Positions 36,774-45,469 of a stretch of 58,368 nt of DNA are shown piece after piece. The notes beneath the pieces are model-generated. The model had not been told where the DNA came from, did no database searches, and saw nothing but the letters and a program-made list of their open reading frames with translations. This DNA is from a virus (Duplodnaviria; Caudoviricetes). The stretch spans positions 1 through 58,368 of IMG/VR virus record IMGVR_UViG_3300049259_000040; one strand, 5' to 3'. The translations under genes were made by a program, and so were the position numbers. Each line of letters starts with the position of its first letter. Within the stretch, counting starts at the first letter, position 1.

Positions 36774-38783
36774 ATGGCGGTTACCCAGACTAGTTCCGGC
36801 ACAGCGAATGCCGCTCCATGGCTTGGACGCAATGGCAGTCTAAACAATACTGTCGATCTGCAGACGAGCACGTACTCGATAGCGTTTCGCATAAAATGGA
36901 GCGTCTCGGGAACCGCCACTGACTACACGACGCCGTACATGTCCATCGGGACAGGTACGGCGGTCAAAGGCTTCTTCACGCAGCGCCAAAACGGTGGCGC
37001 TGCCACAGCGCATATCGGCTATCGGTGGACCGGCTCGGCCGTAGCCGGAAGCATCTGTACGGCAACCGGCGGATATGGCTCCACGACTGCGTGGGTCCAC
37101 ATCTGTTACACGTACGATGGCACGACGATCCGCAGCTACATCGACGGTGTAGCGAGCGGCACTGCCGCGAGCACGTCGACTGGTCTCACGACAGGCAACG
37201 TCACTGTGCTAGGCATCGGCGGGCCGCTGTCAGGCGTCACGTCAGATGTCGTGATGTTCAAGCGGGCGTTGTCCGCGGCTCAGGTCACGCAGCTCGCGCG
37301 CGTGCGCTTCCCAGCATTCGCCCAGGGCAGTGCCGACGTCATCGGTTTCTGGCCGATGACGGACGACTCGTCGCTCACGAATGCCGGGCTCGACTATAGC
37401 GGAAGCGCCAACCACTGCACCCTGCAGGCCAGTGGAGCGGCCAATCCAGCGGTATCTGCGACCAGCGTTCCCTTCCCATACAATGGTCGCGGCAACACTC
37501 GCATCTTCCTGCCGACGTCGGTCGCGCTGGATCCAGTTGCGGGTACGACGAACGTCACGGGCGCAGCGACGTTGCTCGCGCCGCTTGCCGCCTCGGGCAC
37601 GACCAACGTCACCGGCTCGGCGACGTTGCAGGCGTTCCTTACCGCCGCCGGCACGACGCAGGTCAAGAACACCGGCGCGCCGTTCGATAAACTGTTCGCC
37701 TTCCTGGCCCCTGCCGGAACGACCAGCGTCACTGGCGCGGCCAGTTTCCTCGTAAGCGCGGCCGGCACGACCAACGTCACTGGCTCGTCGACGCTCACCG
37801 CGCCGCTGGCAGCTGCTGGCACGACCAACGTCACGGGTGCTGTTTCGGTGCTTGCACCGCTTACGGCTGCGGGCTCGACCCAGGTCACAGGCGCTGCGGC
37901 CCTCGGCGCGAATCTGAGCGCCACGGGCACGACGAACGTGACCGGGTCGGCAGCTGTACGTGCGCCGCTCGCCGCCGTCGGCACGACCAACGTTACGGGT
38001 GCCGCCGCCGCGCTGGCCGCTCTCACCGCCTCGGGAACGACCAACGTTACCGGCGCTGACGCCCTGGCGGCTCCGCTCGCTGCCGCCGGCACAACGAACG
38101 CTACCGGCGCTGCTGCCACTCTCGCCGCCCTAGCCGCGGCTGGCACAATCAACGTCACCGGGGCGGTCGCGCTCACCGTGTCGCTCACGGGCGCTGGCTC
38201 CACGCAGGTCACCGGCGCCGCCCAGCTGCCCGCGCTCCTGACGCCCAGCGGCCTCACGAACACGACCGGGGATGCCGCCCTCACGGGCGCTGCCCCGACA
38301 TGGGCGGGCTCCACGCAGGTGACGGGCGCCGCAGCTCTGCTTGCCCCGATTACCGCGGCAGGCAGCACCCAGGCGACCGGTGCGGTGGCGCTCGCGGCCC
38401 CGCTCGCGGGCTCGGGCACCACGAACACGAGTGGCGCGGCGACGCTGAGCGCGTTCCTCTCAGCGTCCGGCGTAACCAACGTCACCGGCGCGGCTGCCTT
38501 GAACGTGGCGCTGTCGGCAGCTGGTTCCGTGCAGGCGCGCGGCGATGTCTCGCTGGCAGCTCCGCTGCTTGCGATCGGCACGACCAACGTCAGCGGGACC
38601 GATGCGCTGATGGCGCAGCTCTCGGCGGCGGGCATGACGTCGTGCTTCGGCGCGTGCGTGATGACTGGCGGGACTCCTATCGGGCCGAGCGGGCCAGGTC
38701 AGGGGCCGGGCTTCTACAAGGGCAACATCAACCGGCGCAACATGTCGATCGCCGGCAGGCGCAGCACGCGCTTCGGCAGATAG
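36774..38783 (+). CDS. Fibre/receptor-binding protein: LamG (concanavalin A-like) domain plus about 21 18-aa repeats
   Basis: WVHI..TYDGT.IR.YIDG...DV..F.RALS LamG motif; AAGTTNVTGAAALLAPL repeats. Confidence 0.8.
   Translation: MAVTQTSSGTANAAPWLGRNGSLNNTVDLQTSTYSIAFRIKWSVSGTATDYTTPYMSIGTGTAVKGFFTQRQNGGAATAHIGYRWTGSAVAGSICTATGGYGSTTAWVHICYTYDGTTIRSYIDGVASGTAASTSTGLTTGNVTVLGIGGPLSGVTSDVVMFKRALSAAQVTQLARVRFPAFAQGSADVIGFWPMTDDSSLTNAGLDYSGSANHCTLQASGAANPAVSATSVPFPYNGRGNTRIFLPTSVALDPVAGTTNVTGAATLLAPLAASGTTNVTGSATLQAFLTAAGTTQVKNTGAPFDKLFAFLAPAGTTSVTGAASFLVSAAGTTNVTGSSTLTAPLAAAGTTNVTGAVSVLAPLTAAGSTQVTGAAALGANLSATGTTNVTGSAAVRAPLAAVGTTNVTGAAAALAALTASGTTNVTGADALAAPLAAAGTTNATGAAATLAALAAAGTINVTGAVALTVSLTGAGSTQVTGAAQLPALLTPSGLTNTTGDAALTGAAPTWAGSTQVTGAAALLAPITAAGSTQATGAVALAAPLAGSGTTNTSGAATLSAFLSASGVTNVTGAAALNVALSAAGSVQARGDVSLAAPLLAIGTTNVSGTDALMAQLSAAGMTSCFGACVMTGGTPIGPSGPGQGPGFYKGNINRRNMSIAGRRSTRFGR
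37540..38670 (+). repeat. Degenerate ~54-bp coding tandem repeat (about 21 units)
   Basis: Recurring GGCACGACCAACGTCAC(C/G)GG units. Confidence 0.85.
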
Positions 38784-38796
38784 AAAGCAGGACACA

Positions 38797-39213
38797 TTGG
38801 GATCCAGGCGCGAAAGCATCTACACGTTATCGACGCAGGCCACGCGCGTACTTGGTCCGGTGGACCTATACGAGTGCGGCGCGTTCACTTTCACCGTCCA
38901 GGTGAGCACGACGGGCACGCTGACGGGCACGTCCATCCAGCTGCGCGCGAGCAACATCGGCAGGGCCGACCCCGTCGCCAGTCCCGCGCCGTTCCTGGTT
39001 GGCAGCCAGGTGGCCTCAATCTCACCAGCTGTCACCGGCATTGCGGACGCCGACGCCAGCGGCAACATCGCACTGACGAACATCGCGAGCGGCACGTTCG
39101 AGCGGACGTACGCGATCGCAACGTTTCCGCGGCTAGTCTGGTTCGATGTTGTGTACGGCTCAGGAGGCGGCACGCCAACATTCTCCATCGCCGTTGGCGC
39201 TTGGTCGCGCTGA
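38797..39213 (+). CDS. Virion protein, tandem paralog A
   Basis: SRR..Y.LS, GP.D..E, R.SN.GR, PR..WFD..Y.SGGG and GAWS shared with the next gene. Confidence 0.7.
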   Translation: MGSRRESIYTLSTQATRVLGPVDLYECGAFTFTVQVSTTGTLTGTSIQLRASNIGRADPVASPAPFLVGSQVASISPAVTGIADADASGNIALTNIASGTFERTYAIATFPRLVWFDVVYGSGGGTPTFSIAVGAWSR

Positions 39214-39222
39214 GGTGATGCT

Positions 39223-39642
39223 ATGGCCTCACGTCGCGACCTCACGTACGTCCTGAGCATCAGCCCGAACACGAGCACGATCGTCGGCCCTATCGACTCG
39301 AGCGAGACCGAGACGTTCACGTTCTCGCTCCGCTACGCCATCACGGCCGGCACCGTCACCGACGCGACGATAACCGTCCGTGGCAGCAACTTTGGCCGAG
39401 GGGCCAGCGCGCCGCCGACCGTCGCCATCGCATCGCTTGTTACGCCCAACCCGCAGCCTGGATTCAGTATCAACGAGGGTGGCGGTGTAATCACCTGCAA
39501 CGCGAGCACGATTGGCGCCTACGAGCAGACCTGGGTGATCACGGGAACGGCGATGCCGCGCCACCTCTGGTTCGACTGGCAGTACAACTCGGGTGGCGGG
39601 CTAGTGACAGCCGACCTCGCGATTGGCGCATGGTCTTCCTGA
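39223..39642 (+). CDS. Virion protein, tandem paralog B
   Basis: Same motifs as 38797-39213. Confidence 0.7.
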   Translation: MASRRDLTYVLSISPNTSTIVGPIDSSETETFTFSLRYAITAGTVTDATITVRGSNFGRGASAPPTVAIASLVTPNPQPGFSINEGGGVITCNASTIGAYEQTWVITGTAMPRHLWFDWQYNSGGGLVTADLAIGAWSS

Positions 39643-39645
39643 CAG

Positions 39646-40104
39646 CTAGCGCGCCGGCTGATTGACCGGGTAGGGGTTGGGCAGCATGCTCGCGTCCACC
39701 GTTCGCACCGACTCCTCCTGCACTGCCGGCAGCGGGTAGAGCGGTGAGCGCACCGACTGCGGAGCGACGGCGGGCTCGGACGCGCGCGGCTGGGTGCCTT
39801 CGGGGTGTTGCCGACGCCACGCGCGGAACTCGTCCAGCTCACGCTCCTTCTCGAGCTCTGAGCGCACCTCGGACTTGGCGACCTTTGCGGCAACCCCGGC
39901 GCCGATCGCGCCCAGTATCGCGCCGAGAATTGCGCCTTCCAGGACGTACACGCCAACCCCGGTCTCTCCGCGCTCAGCTGCGGAGATTGCGCCCGCACTA
40001 CCTAGCGCCATGCCGCCGCCAATAGCAGCCAGCGTTCCGTATCCGGTCGCGCAGCCGGAAAGCAACGTGCAGCTTACAGCGGCAGAAATGAGAGTTCTGT
40101 TCAT
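39646..40104 (-). CDS. Moron-like lipoprotein with Gly-rich hydrophobic segments
   Basis: TLLSGC lipobox; opposite strand; ACGGGGAAAAG RBS variant. Confidence 0.65.
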   Translation of the reverse strand: MNRTLISAAVSCTLLSGCATGYGTLAAIGGGMALGSAGAISAAERGETGVGVYVLEGAILGAILGAIGAGVAAKVAKSEVRSELEKERELDEFRAWRRQHPEGTQPRASEPAVAPQSVRSPLYPLPAVQEESVRTVDASMLPNPYPVNQPAR

Positions 40105-40216
40105 CGTCTTTTCCCCGTCATTAGTGACGATATGCGGCGAGTGTTGCGGTTGACCCGGTCGGCATCATGATCAGTGCATGAGCGCGCAGTAACAAGCGCT
40201 CACAGGAGTCTTTGTT

Positions 40217-40510
40217 GTGGGCAAGCCTCTCGTTTCGACGGGCGCTTTGCGTGCTTTTGTGAAGGTGTTTGGCGGGGTGCTCGCAGCGGTTTCGGTCATC
40301 GCAGGGCTGCCTGTTGCACCTTGGGTCGCGAAAATCATCGGCATCGTTGGCGGCGCGCTAACGGGCTGGGCGACCACGAGCACATGGGACACGCCGAACG
40401 CTGAACTGCCGATGGAGTGGCAGTCGTCCCCTTTGGCGCCAGCCGTGCCGACGCCATCAGACCAGCCAATGACCAGCTCGGCGGTCGGCATGGACGACGT
40501 GAACCAGTGA
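40217..40510 (+). CDS. Possible holin (two TM helices)
   Basis: Two hydrophobic helices plus hydrophilic tail at the end of the late region. Confidence 0.5.
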   Translation: MGKPLVSTGALRAFVKVFGGVLAAVSVIAGLPVAPWVAKIIGIVGGALTGWATTSTWDTPNAELPMEWQSSPLAPAVPTPSDQPMTSSAVGMDDVNQ

Positions 40511-40707
40511 CGCACGAGCAGCTCGCCGAGCTCGCGGGGATGCTCGGTGAGCGGCTCGACATGGCAACGGCTGAGCTTCTCCAGTTCGTCCACAAGCAGA
40601 CCGGCAAAGAGCTGCAGGGCGAGGCGGTCGACCAGCTGCGCAGGCGTCTCGCTTGGCACCTAGCGTTGGCGGCGGCGGCTGTCGTCGACCAGACGTCACG
40701 ACGCTAG
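40507..40707 (+). CDS. Small hypothetical protein
   Basis: GTGA overlap. Confidence 0.5.
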   Translation: MTHEQLAELAGMLGERLDMATAELLQFVHKQTGKELQGEAVDQLRRRLAWHLALAAAAVVDQTSRR

Positions 40708-40717
40708 CTATTCCGCT

Positions 40718-40866
40718 GGACTGCCGGTGTGCGAATGTGGCAGAGACGTCGTGCCCGGCCGCCGCGGGGGTTGGACGTTTCCCCGTTCCCCCTGTCGACG
40801 GCCGGGCGTTCCTGCTTTGCGAGCGCCGTACTGGCCGCTAGCAGTCCCCGAGAGCAAGCGCCGGGG
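40718..40866 (+). ncRNA. Candidate sRNA whose apical hairpin displays GUUUCCCCGUUC (antisense to the shared RBS motif)
   Basis: GGACTGC/GCAGTCC, GCCCGGCCG/CGGCCGGGC, GCGGGGG/CCCCTGT and GGACG-TTTCCC-CGTTC; G-U pairs favour the plus strand. Confidence 0.5.
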
Positions 40867-40884
40867 GAGGTAGGCGTAGCACCG

Positions 40885-41256
40885 TCAGCGCTCCGCTTCT
40901 ACGGTCTTCGGTTCGTCTTTGAGGGCGGCTTCGAGGTCGATGGCGCAGTCATCGCAGTTGTCATCGTAGGTCTTGCGCCAGTAATCCGGCAGCGCCTCGA
41001 CGCGCGCGAGCATAGCCCGCAGCTCGACGATGCGCAGCTCGGCCGCTAGTTGCGCGTTGCTGAACAGGTCTCGCTCCTCGCGCAGCCGACGCACTTCATC
41101 GTCCATAACGACCAGCATCGACCCGAGGACGGTCAGTTCCTCGTTGCGCTGCCGCTCGCGAAGCCAGTCCGCGTGCTTCATCGCGGTCTCCGGCGTCATG
41201 TGCTCTGGACGACCACTGCGTAGACCCACGCCGCCTGTCCCATCGTCGACTGTCAT
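40885..41256 (-). CDS. Coiled-coil protein of the EVRRLR / LARVEALPD family
   Basis: GGAACGGGGAC RBS before ATG 41256; 24 bp identical to 46201-46224. Confidence 0.65.
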   Translation of the reverse strand: MTVDDGTGGVGLRSGRPEHMTPETAMKHADWLRERQRNEELTVLGSMLVVMDDEVRRLREERDLFSNAQLAAELRIVELRAMLARVEALPDYWRKTYDDNCDDCAIDLEAALKDEPKTVEAER

Positions 41257-41299
41257 CTCGTCCCCCGTTCCTTGCGTTTCCATTGGTCCTTTTCCTTGC

Positions 41300-41516
41300 A
41301 CATCCGTCGCACCTTCTGCGACCGCTTCAAAAATCACTTCTTTTCACGTATGGTCTGACCAGCATGACGTATTGTGTGGGCACGTCCGACTGAACGTCTG
41401 GCGGCCAGCGTCACCGATAAAACCTCAGTGTTTCCGCTGTCTCGCCGCGTTGTGCGCAGCTTTCCGACTGTCGCTTTCAACCCGTTCTACCGTCTTTCTG
41501 TCGCATAGTTGCGACA
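41300..41516. other. Probable attP region with arm-type inverted repeats
   Basis: GTCGCA-N5-TGCGAC (41306-41322) and TGTCGCA-N4-TGCGACA (41499-41516) flank non-coding DNA at the 3' end of int. Confidence 0.5.
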
Positions 41517-42532
41517 CCGCTCGATGCCTTCAGTCGCGGCAGCGCGTTCGCGGCTTCGTGCAGGTGGTCGCTTCGCTTCGAAACGTTGGCGTAAACAGAT
41601 TCGAGCATCTTCACGCTGTTGCCCATCATTTTGGCCAGCGTGAGGATCGGCACTCCAGCGCGTGCGAGTGCTGTGGCGTAGCTTCCGCGCAGGTCGTTGA
41701 CGCTGATGTCGTCGTCGAGCCCAGCGCGCTTTGCTGCCCGCTTCAACGTCTTGTCGATGTTCGGCTTGTGCTTCGGCGCGAACCCGCACCAGCCCGAAGC
41801 TCGTAGCGGCAGAAGTTCGGAGAACAGCTCGTCCGGGATCGGCACCCAGCGCTTCGAGCCTTTGGTCTTCGTGCCGTTCACGAAGACGTAGCGGCCTTCC
41901 CAATCCACCTCGGTGATCTTCCACGGCTCGCTCGCTCGCAAGCCGAGCTGCAGATACGCCTGGAAGTACAGCTTCAGGTGAGTCGGGATGGCGAGCAGCA
42001 GCGTGCGCTGGTCGTCAGCCTCGATCACACGTTGCGGCTTGTGCGTGATTTCGCCGAGGTCGGGGAACTTCGGCGGCGTCATTCCCACTGCCTTGAAAGC
42101 TTGCCCGAGGCAGTTCAGCTCTCGGTGCGTCGTCCATGCCGTCTTGGTCTTGCGGCTCTCGATGCAGAACGCTCGCACCGCGTCTTCGTCGATGTCGGCG
42201 AGCTGCTTGTCGGCGCCGAAGTGAACGACGAGTGTGGCGCTGCGATACATGATGTGGTCGTGCGTTGACTGCGACTTGCCGGCTAGCTCGGCCGCCGCGG
42301 AGAGCGCTTTGAGCGCTTGTTTGAGTGTTTTGCTTGGGCGCGCTGCAGCTTCGCCTCGAGTCGCGAAGCTACGTTCGATATCTCGCGCGATTCCTTCTGC
42401 GGTCTGTCGGGATTTTGCTGTGCCGTCGTCTCTGACGCCTGTCGACTTGGCGACTCGCCGCCGTTGGGTGCCATCCCAGAAGTGAACCCAGCATTGCCAG
42501 ACATCTGATTTTTGCCGTCTGAAGAGCTCCAT
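41477..42532 (-). CDS. int: Tyrosine recombinase / integrase
   Basis: LGLRASE (R), GTKT (K), NDLRGSYAT, MMGNS, VY (Y); N-terminal arm-binding domain. Confidence 0.9.
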   Translation of the reverse strand: MELFRRQKSDVWQCWVHFWDGTQRRRVAKSTGVRDDGTAKSRQTAEGIARDIERSFATRGEAAARPSKTLKQALKALSAAAELAGKSQSTHDHIMYRSATLVVHFGADKQLADIDEDAVRAFCIESRKTKTAWTTHRELNCLGQAFKAVGMTPPKFPDLGEITHKPQRVIEADDQRTLLLAIPTHLKLYFQAYLQLGLRASEPWKITEVDWEGRYVFVNGTKTKGSKRWVPIPDELFSELLPLRASGWCGFAPKHKPNIDKTLKRAAKRAGLDDDISVNDLRGSYATALARAGVPILTLAKMMGNSVKMLESVYANVSKRSDHLHEAANALPRLKASSGVATMRQKDGRTG

Positions 42533-42714
42533 GACTGACCCCTTTCAAGACGACGGACGTACTCCATCAGCCGGCGCTCCGAAACTCTCCAGCGATTGCC
42601 GACCAGCTGTGCGCCGCCCAGTGCGCGCATGACCGCGTATGCGTGGTCTCGACCGCACCCGAGCGCGCGCTGGACAGCGGCAGCGCCCACGAGGCGGGGT
42701 AGGTCACTAGCCAT
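42283..42714 (-). CDS. xis: Excisionase-like HTH protein; frame continues about 250 nt into int
   Basis: ALGCGRDHAYAVM...GNRWRVSERRLMEY; directly upstream of int. Confidence 0.7.
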   Translation of the reverse strand: MASDLPRLVGAAAVQRALGCGRDHAYAVMRALGGAQLVGNRWRVSERRLMEYVRRLERGQSWSSSDGKNQMSGNAGFTSGMAPNGGESPSRQASETTAQQNPDRPQKESREISNVASRLEAKLQRAQAKHSNKRSKRSPRRPS

Positions 42715-43187
42715 CACCACTCACCGCTAGCACCACCACCGCCGAAGTCTCCGCCGCCGCCAGAGAACGAATCCCCGGTGTCCGGCGTCGACGTGTCGGT
42801 GCTTAAAAACGCGTCAACGACAGCCTCTGCGACGTCCACAACAGCCTGCGCGAAGCTGCTGTCGTCGTAGCTCGTGCTCGACGTCTCGCCCTCGTAGCGT
42901 CGGTACGCGGGATCCTCGTTCATCGGCACGCCATACGCTGGCACCGGCGCCTCGACACGCTGCGCTTTCGACACAGGAGACAGAGCCGCGATCGCTGCCG
43001 CGTTGACCGTATTGCGATTCCGGTGCGTGTAATCGCAATACGCTTGCGGAAGGTCGCGCAGGTTCACGACCCAGGTCGATCCGACTTGCCATGCTGCGCT
43101 CGCGACTGTCGCCGTGAACTTCGGCTCTTTGCCGATGGTTGGGTGGTAGTAGACCTTGTCTCCGACCTTGACGTCTTGCTTATTCAT
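42714..43187 (-). CDS. Hypothetical protein, SH3/KOW-like N-terminus and Gly-rich FSGGGGDFGGGGASGEW tail
   Basis: VKVGDKVYY start; characteristic C-terminal tail. Confidence 0.65.
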   Translation of the reverse strand: MNKQDVKVGDKVYYHPTIGKEPKFTATVASAAWQVGSTWVVNLRDLPQAYCDYTHRNRNTVNAAAIAALSPVSKAQRVEAPVPAYGVPMNEDPAYRRYEGETSSTSYDDSSFAQAVVDVAEAVVDAFLSTDTSTPDTGDSFSGGGGDFGGGGASGEW

Positions 43188-43428
43188 CGATGCCTTCTCC
43201 CGTTGCTAGCTGTTGCGTGAACTGCTCTTCCATGAACTGCTCGTACTGACGCAGCTCGGTCTCCGACACCTCGATCTCGTGCTCTTGCAGCGCTGCCATG
43301 TACTCGCTCATCACAGCCGAGAGCGGCACAGGCTTCGTCTCCACCACTGCCGGCTTGCGGTACTGCTGGCGACCAGCGAAGCACACGTGAGAGCCGTGCA
43401 TCTCTTGGCGGCATTTGAAGCACTTCAT
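43180..43428 (-). CDS. Small zinc-finger protein
   Basis: CFKC...HVC. Confidence 0.6.
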   Translation of the reverse strand: MKCFKCRQEMHGSHVCFAGRQQYRKPAVVETKPVPLSAVMSEYMAALQEHEIEVSETELRQYEQFMEEQFTQQLATGEGIDE

Positions 43429-43775
43429 GGCTTGTCCTTCAACGTCGTCTCGATCATGACCGCCGCGGCTCTCAGCGCGGACGCCGTGGCCTGCGCGATG
43501 CGCATCTCAGCGGCTGGTCGTACGTCGACCAGCCAACCATCCGCCATCTCGCGGAGCGTCGCAGGCATCTCGTCCACACGCGCGAGCTTGGTTTTGAGTT
43601 CTGTAACGCATCGATCGTCGAACTCCAGCCACGCAGCGAATGCTTGGGCCTTGCCAACGTCGACCGCAGCATCCACCGCACCGCGCAATCGGCGCACTTC
43701 GCACGCCAGCGGGTCAATGCTCGACGCCTCGGCTAGCGCGCTCTCTACTTCGTCTCGTGATGGGATGTACGTCAT
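43425..43775 (-). CDS. MTYIPSRDEV-family protein, copy 1
   Basis: First 31 aa nearly identical to 45888-46379. Confidence 0.7.
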   Translation of the reverse strand: MTYIPSRDEVESALAEASSIDPLACEVRRLRGAVDAAVDVGKAQAFAAWLEFDDRCVTELKTKLARVDEMPATLREMADGWLVDVRPAAEMRIAQATASALRAAAVMIETTLKDKP

Positions 43776-43780
43776 GGCTG
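43690..43780. repeat. 91-bp direct repeat, copy 1 (copy 2 at 46294-46384; 3 mismatches)
   Basis: Direct comparison. Confidence 0.9.
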
Positions 43781-44071
43781 GTCTTCTCCGAGTTCTTGGC
43801 GCAACACGGCTAGCTCTAGGCGAGCTTTCATGCTCGCCTCGGCGAAGCGCTTGAGCGCTGACTCTATCGCTAGCAATTCGTCTTGCGTTGGCGGCTCAGA
43901 CTTCCAACGCATCTCTATGGACGAGATGCGCGGCACGGTCAGTCCAGTTGAACGCGCAAGCCACCCCATAGTGCACTCACGTCCGGCAGCGACGCGCAGT
44001 GCACGAAGGTGCCCTGCGATGATGGCTCGTTGCATCGGCAACGTCAGACTCGGCGCTTCCTCGAGCGTCAT
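43772..44071 (-). CDS. XRE-type HTH protein
   Basis: LRALR...TMGWLARSTGLTVPRISSIE. Confidence 0.7.
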   Translation of the reverse strand: MTLEEAPSLTLPMQRAIIAGHLRALRVAAGRECTMGWLARSTGLTVPRISSIEMRWKSEPPTQDELLAIESALKRFAEASMKARLELAVLRQELGEDQP

Positions 44072-44237
44072 GGCGTTTCTCCGTGCTCACTCATCGGACA
44101 ATCCCCATGCGGGATTCGACTCGTTCGGGTCATAGATCACCTCACCAGTTGATTGTGCGTACACAGTTCCGTCGCTCGTCCTGACCAGCCGTGTGTCGTG
44201 CTCGGCGTCGTACAGCGCCTGCAGCTGGGCTGCGATG

Positions 44238-45299
44238 TCAGGCGCTTTTCATCTGCGCTGGGTGCGTCTCCTCGAAGACTTCGAGCAGTGCTTTGCGGGC
44301 GTGCTTGATTGCTTCCTGGCACGCGTACCGCACAAACGATGCGTCACTCTTGTTTGGGTCTAGGCTGCCCATCCGCGCTTCACGGTCGTCGATGAGCATG
44401 TGCAGCACGTCGGCCGGCGCTTCCGCGATTGGCGTTCCCGACCATCGACCACCGCCGTACTCGAAGCTCTTTGGAATCTTCGAGTAGTCGGGCTGACGAC
44501 GCTTGGGCTCTTCCGGAGGCGCGACGTCCTTTGGCTGCGTTTGCGGCGCAGCTGCTGCCGCGGGCTGTGCCGATGGCTCGGTCGACGCCATCTCTGCGCC
44601 GCTCTCGTGGAAGTCTCTGACCGTCTTGGCGAAGTGGTCCAGCTCGTTGACGCTGACGTAGTCCTGCTTGATCGAGTGGATGCGCGACTTGGTCACGTTG
44701 TACGCGTGGTCTTCGAGCCGCAGCTCGCCGTACACGGTGAAGATGTACTCCATGCCCGCGCGCTGGATCGGCTTCATGCCCTTGCGCACCGGGACCTGGA
44801 CCTTCCTTCCGCCCGGCTTGGTCTGCTCCTCGAGCACGTACTCTTGATGCGACTGCAGCGTCACCACGATGTGTGAGCTGCACTGCGTGATGGCGTTCGT
44901 CAGCTTGTTCTGCAGCGGCGTCACCGCGCCCCAGCCATTGGTGAAGGCGTTGTTGCCCTTGAGCTTGTCGACGGTCTCCAGCGCGCCGCCTTCTCCAGCC
45001 CATGCGTGCGAAAGCGAGTCGATGACGATCACGTCGTACTTCTCGCGCTCCGCCAGTGCGATAGCGTCCAGGTAGTTCTGGATCGAGAAGTTGTCGAGGT
45101 TGAGCGTGTCGAAGTGCAGGTCGTTGAGTCCGGCGTACAGCGATGCGCTGCTGTTCTCCGTGTCGACGACTGCGATGCGCTGGCCGAGCGCCCGCGCTAT
45201 CTCCAGCGCCCATAAAGTCTTCCCGGAACCCGACGGACCGGCTAGGGCGATGCGCGCTTTGGTCTTGGTGCGCGTCGCCGGCTTGAATGCGAAGCCCAT
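44238..45299 (-). CDS. AAA ATPase, Sak4/AAA_24-like recombination protein
   Basis: GPSGSGKT Walker A, VDTE, VIVIDSLSHAW.G.GG. Confidence 0.85.
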   Translation of the reverse strand: MGFAFKPATRTKTKARIALAGPSGSGKTLWALEIARALGQRIAVVDTENSSASLYAGLNDLHFDTLNLDNFSIQNYLDAIALAEREKYDVIVIDSLSHAWAGEGGALETVDKLKGNNAFTNGWGAVTPLQNKLTNAITQCSSHIVVTLQSHQEYVLEEQTKPGGRKVQVPVRKGMKPIQRAGMEYIFTVYGELRLEDHAYNVTKSRIHSIKQDYVSVNELDHFAKTVRDFHESGAEMASTEPSAQPAAAAAPQTQPKDVAPPEEPKRRQPDYSKIPKSFEYGGGRWSGTPIAEAPADVLHMLIDDREARMGSLDPNKSDASFVRYACQEAIKHARKALLEVFEETHPAQMKSA

Positions 45300-45469
45300 C
45301 AGCGTGCCTCCTTGATGAGCTTCGCCTCGACGCGCGCGAGCTTCTTCTCTGCATCGCTAATGCAGTTGATTGTCGGCGTCTCAAGATGCTCAGTCCTCGT
45401 CCAGGCTGAAGGGCGTCGAGTCTTCCACCACGCCTTCGCGGCACGCAGTACGCGTTCCTCGTTCGTCAT
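45299..45469 (-). CDS. 56-aa hypothetical protein containing KLARVEA (not in the ORF track)
   Basis: Coupled to both neighbours. Confidence 0.55.
   Translation of the reverse strand: MTNEERVLRAAKAWWKTRRPSAWTRTEHLETPTINCISDAEKKLARVEAKLIKEAR

Noticed and set aside
44105-44135. tmRNA/tRNA-like GGATTCGAC
   Set aside because: No acceptor stem or CCA end; better explained as the antisense of the frameshifted ATPase tail
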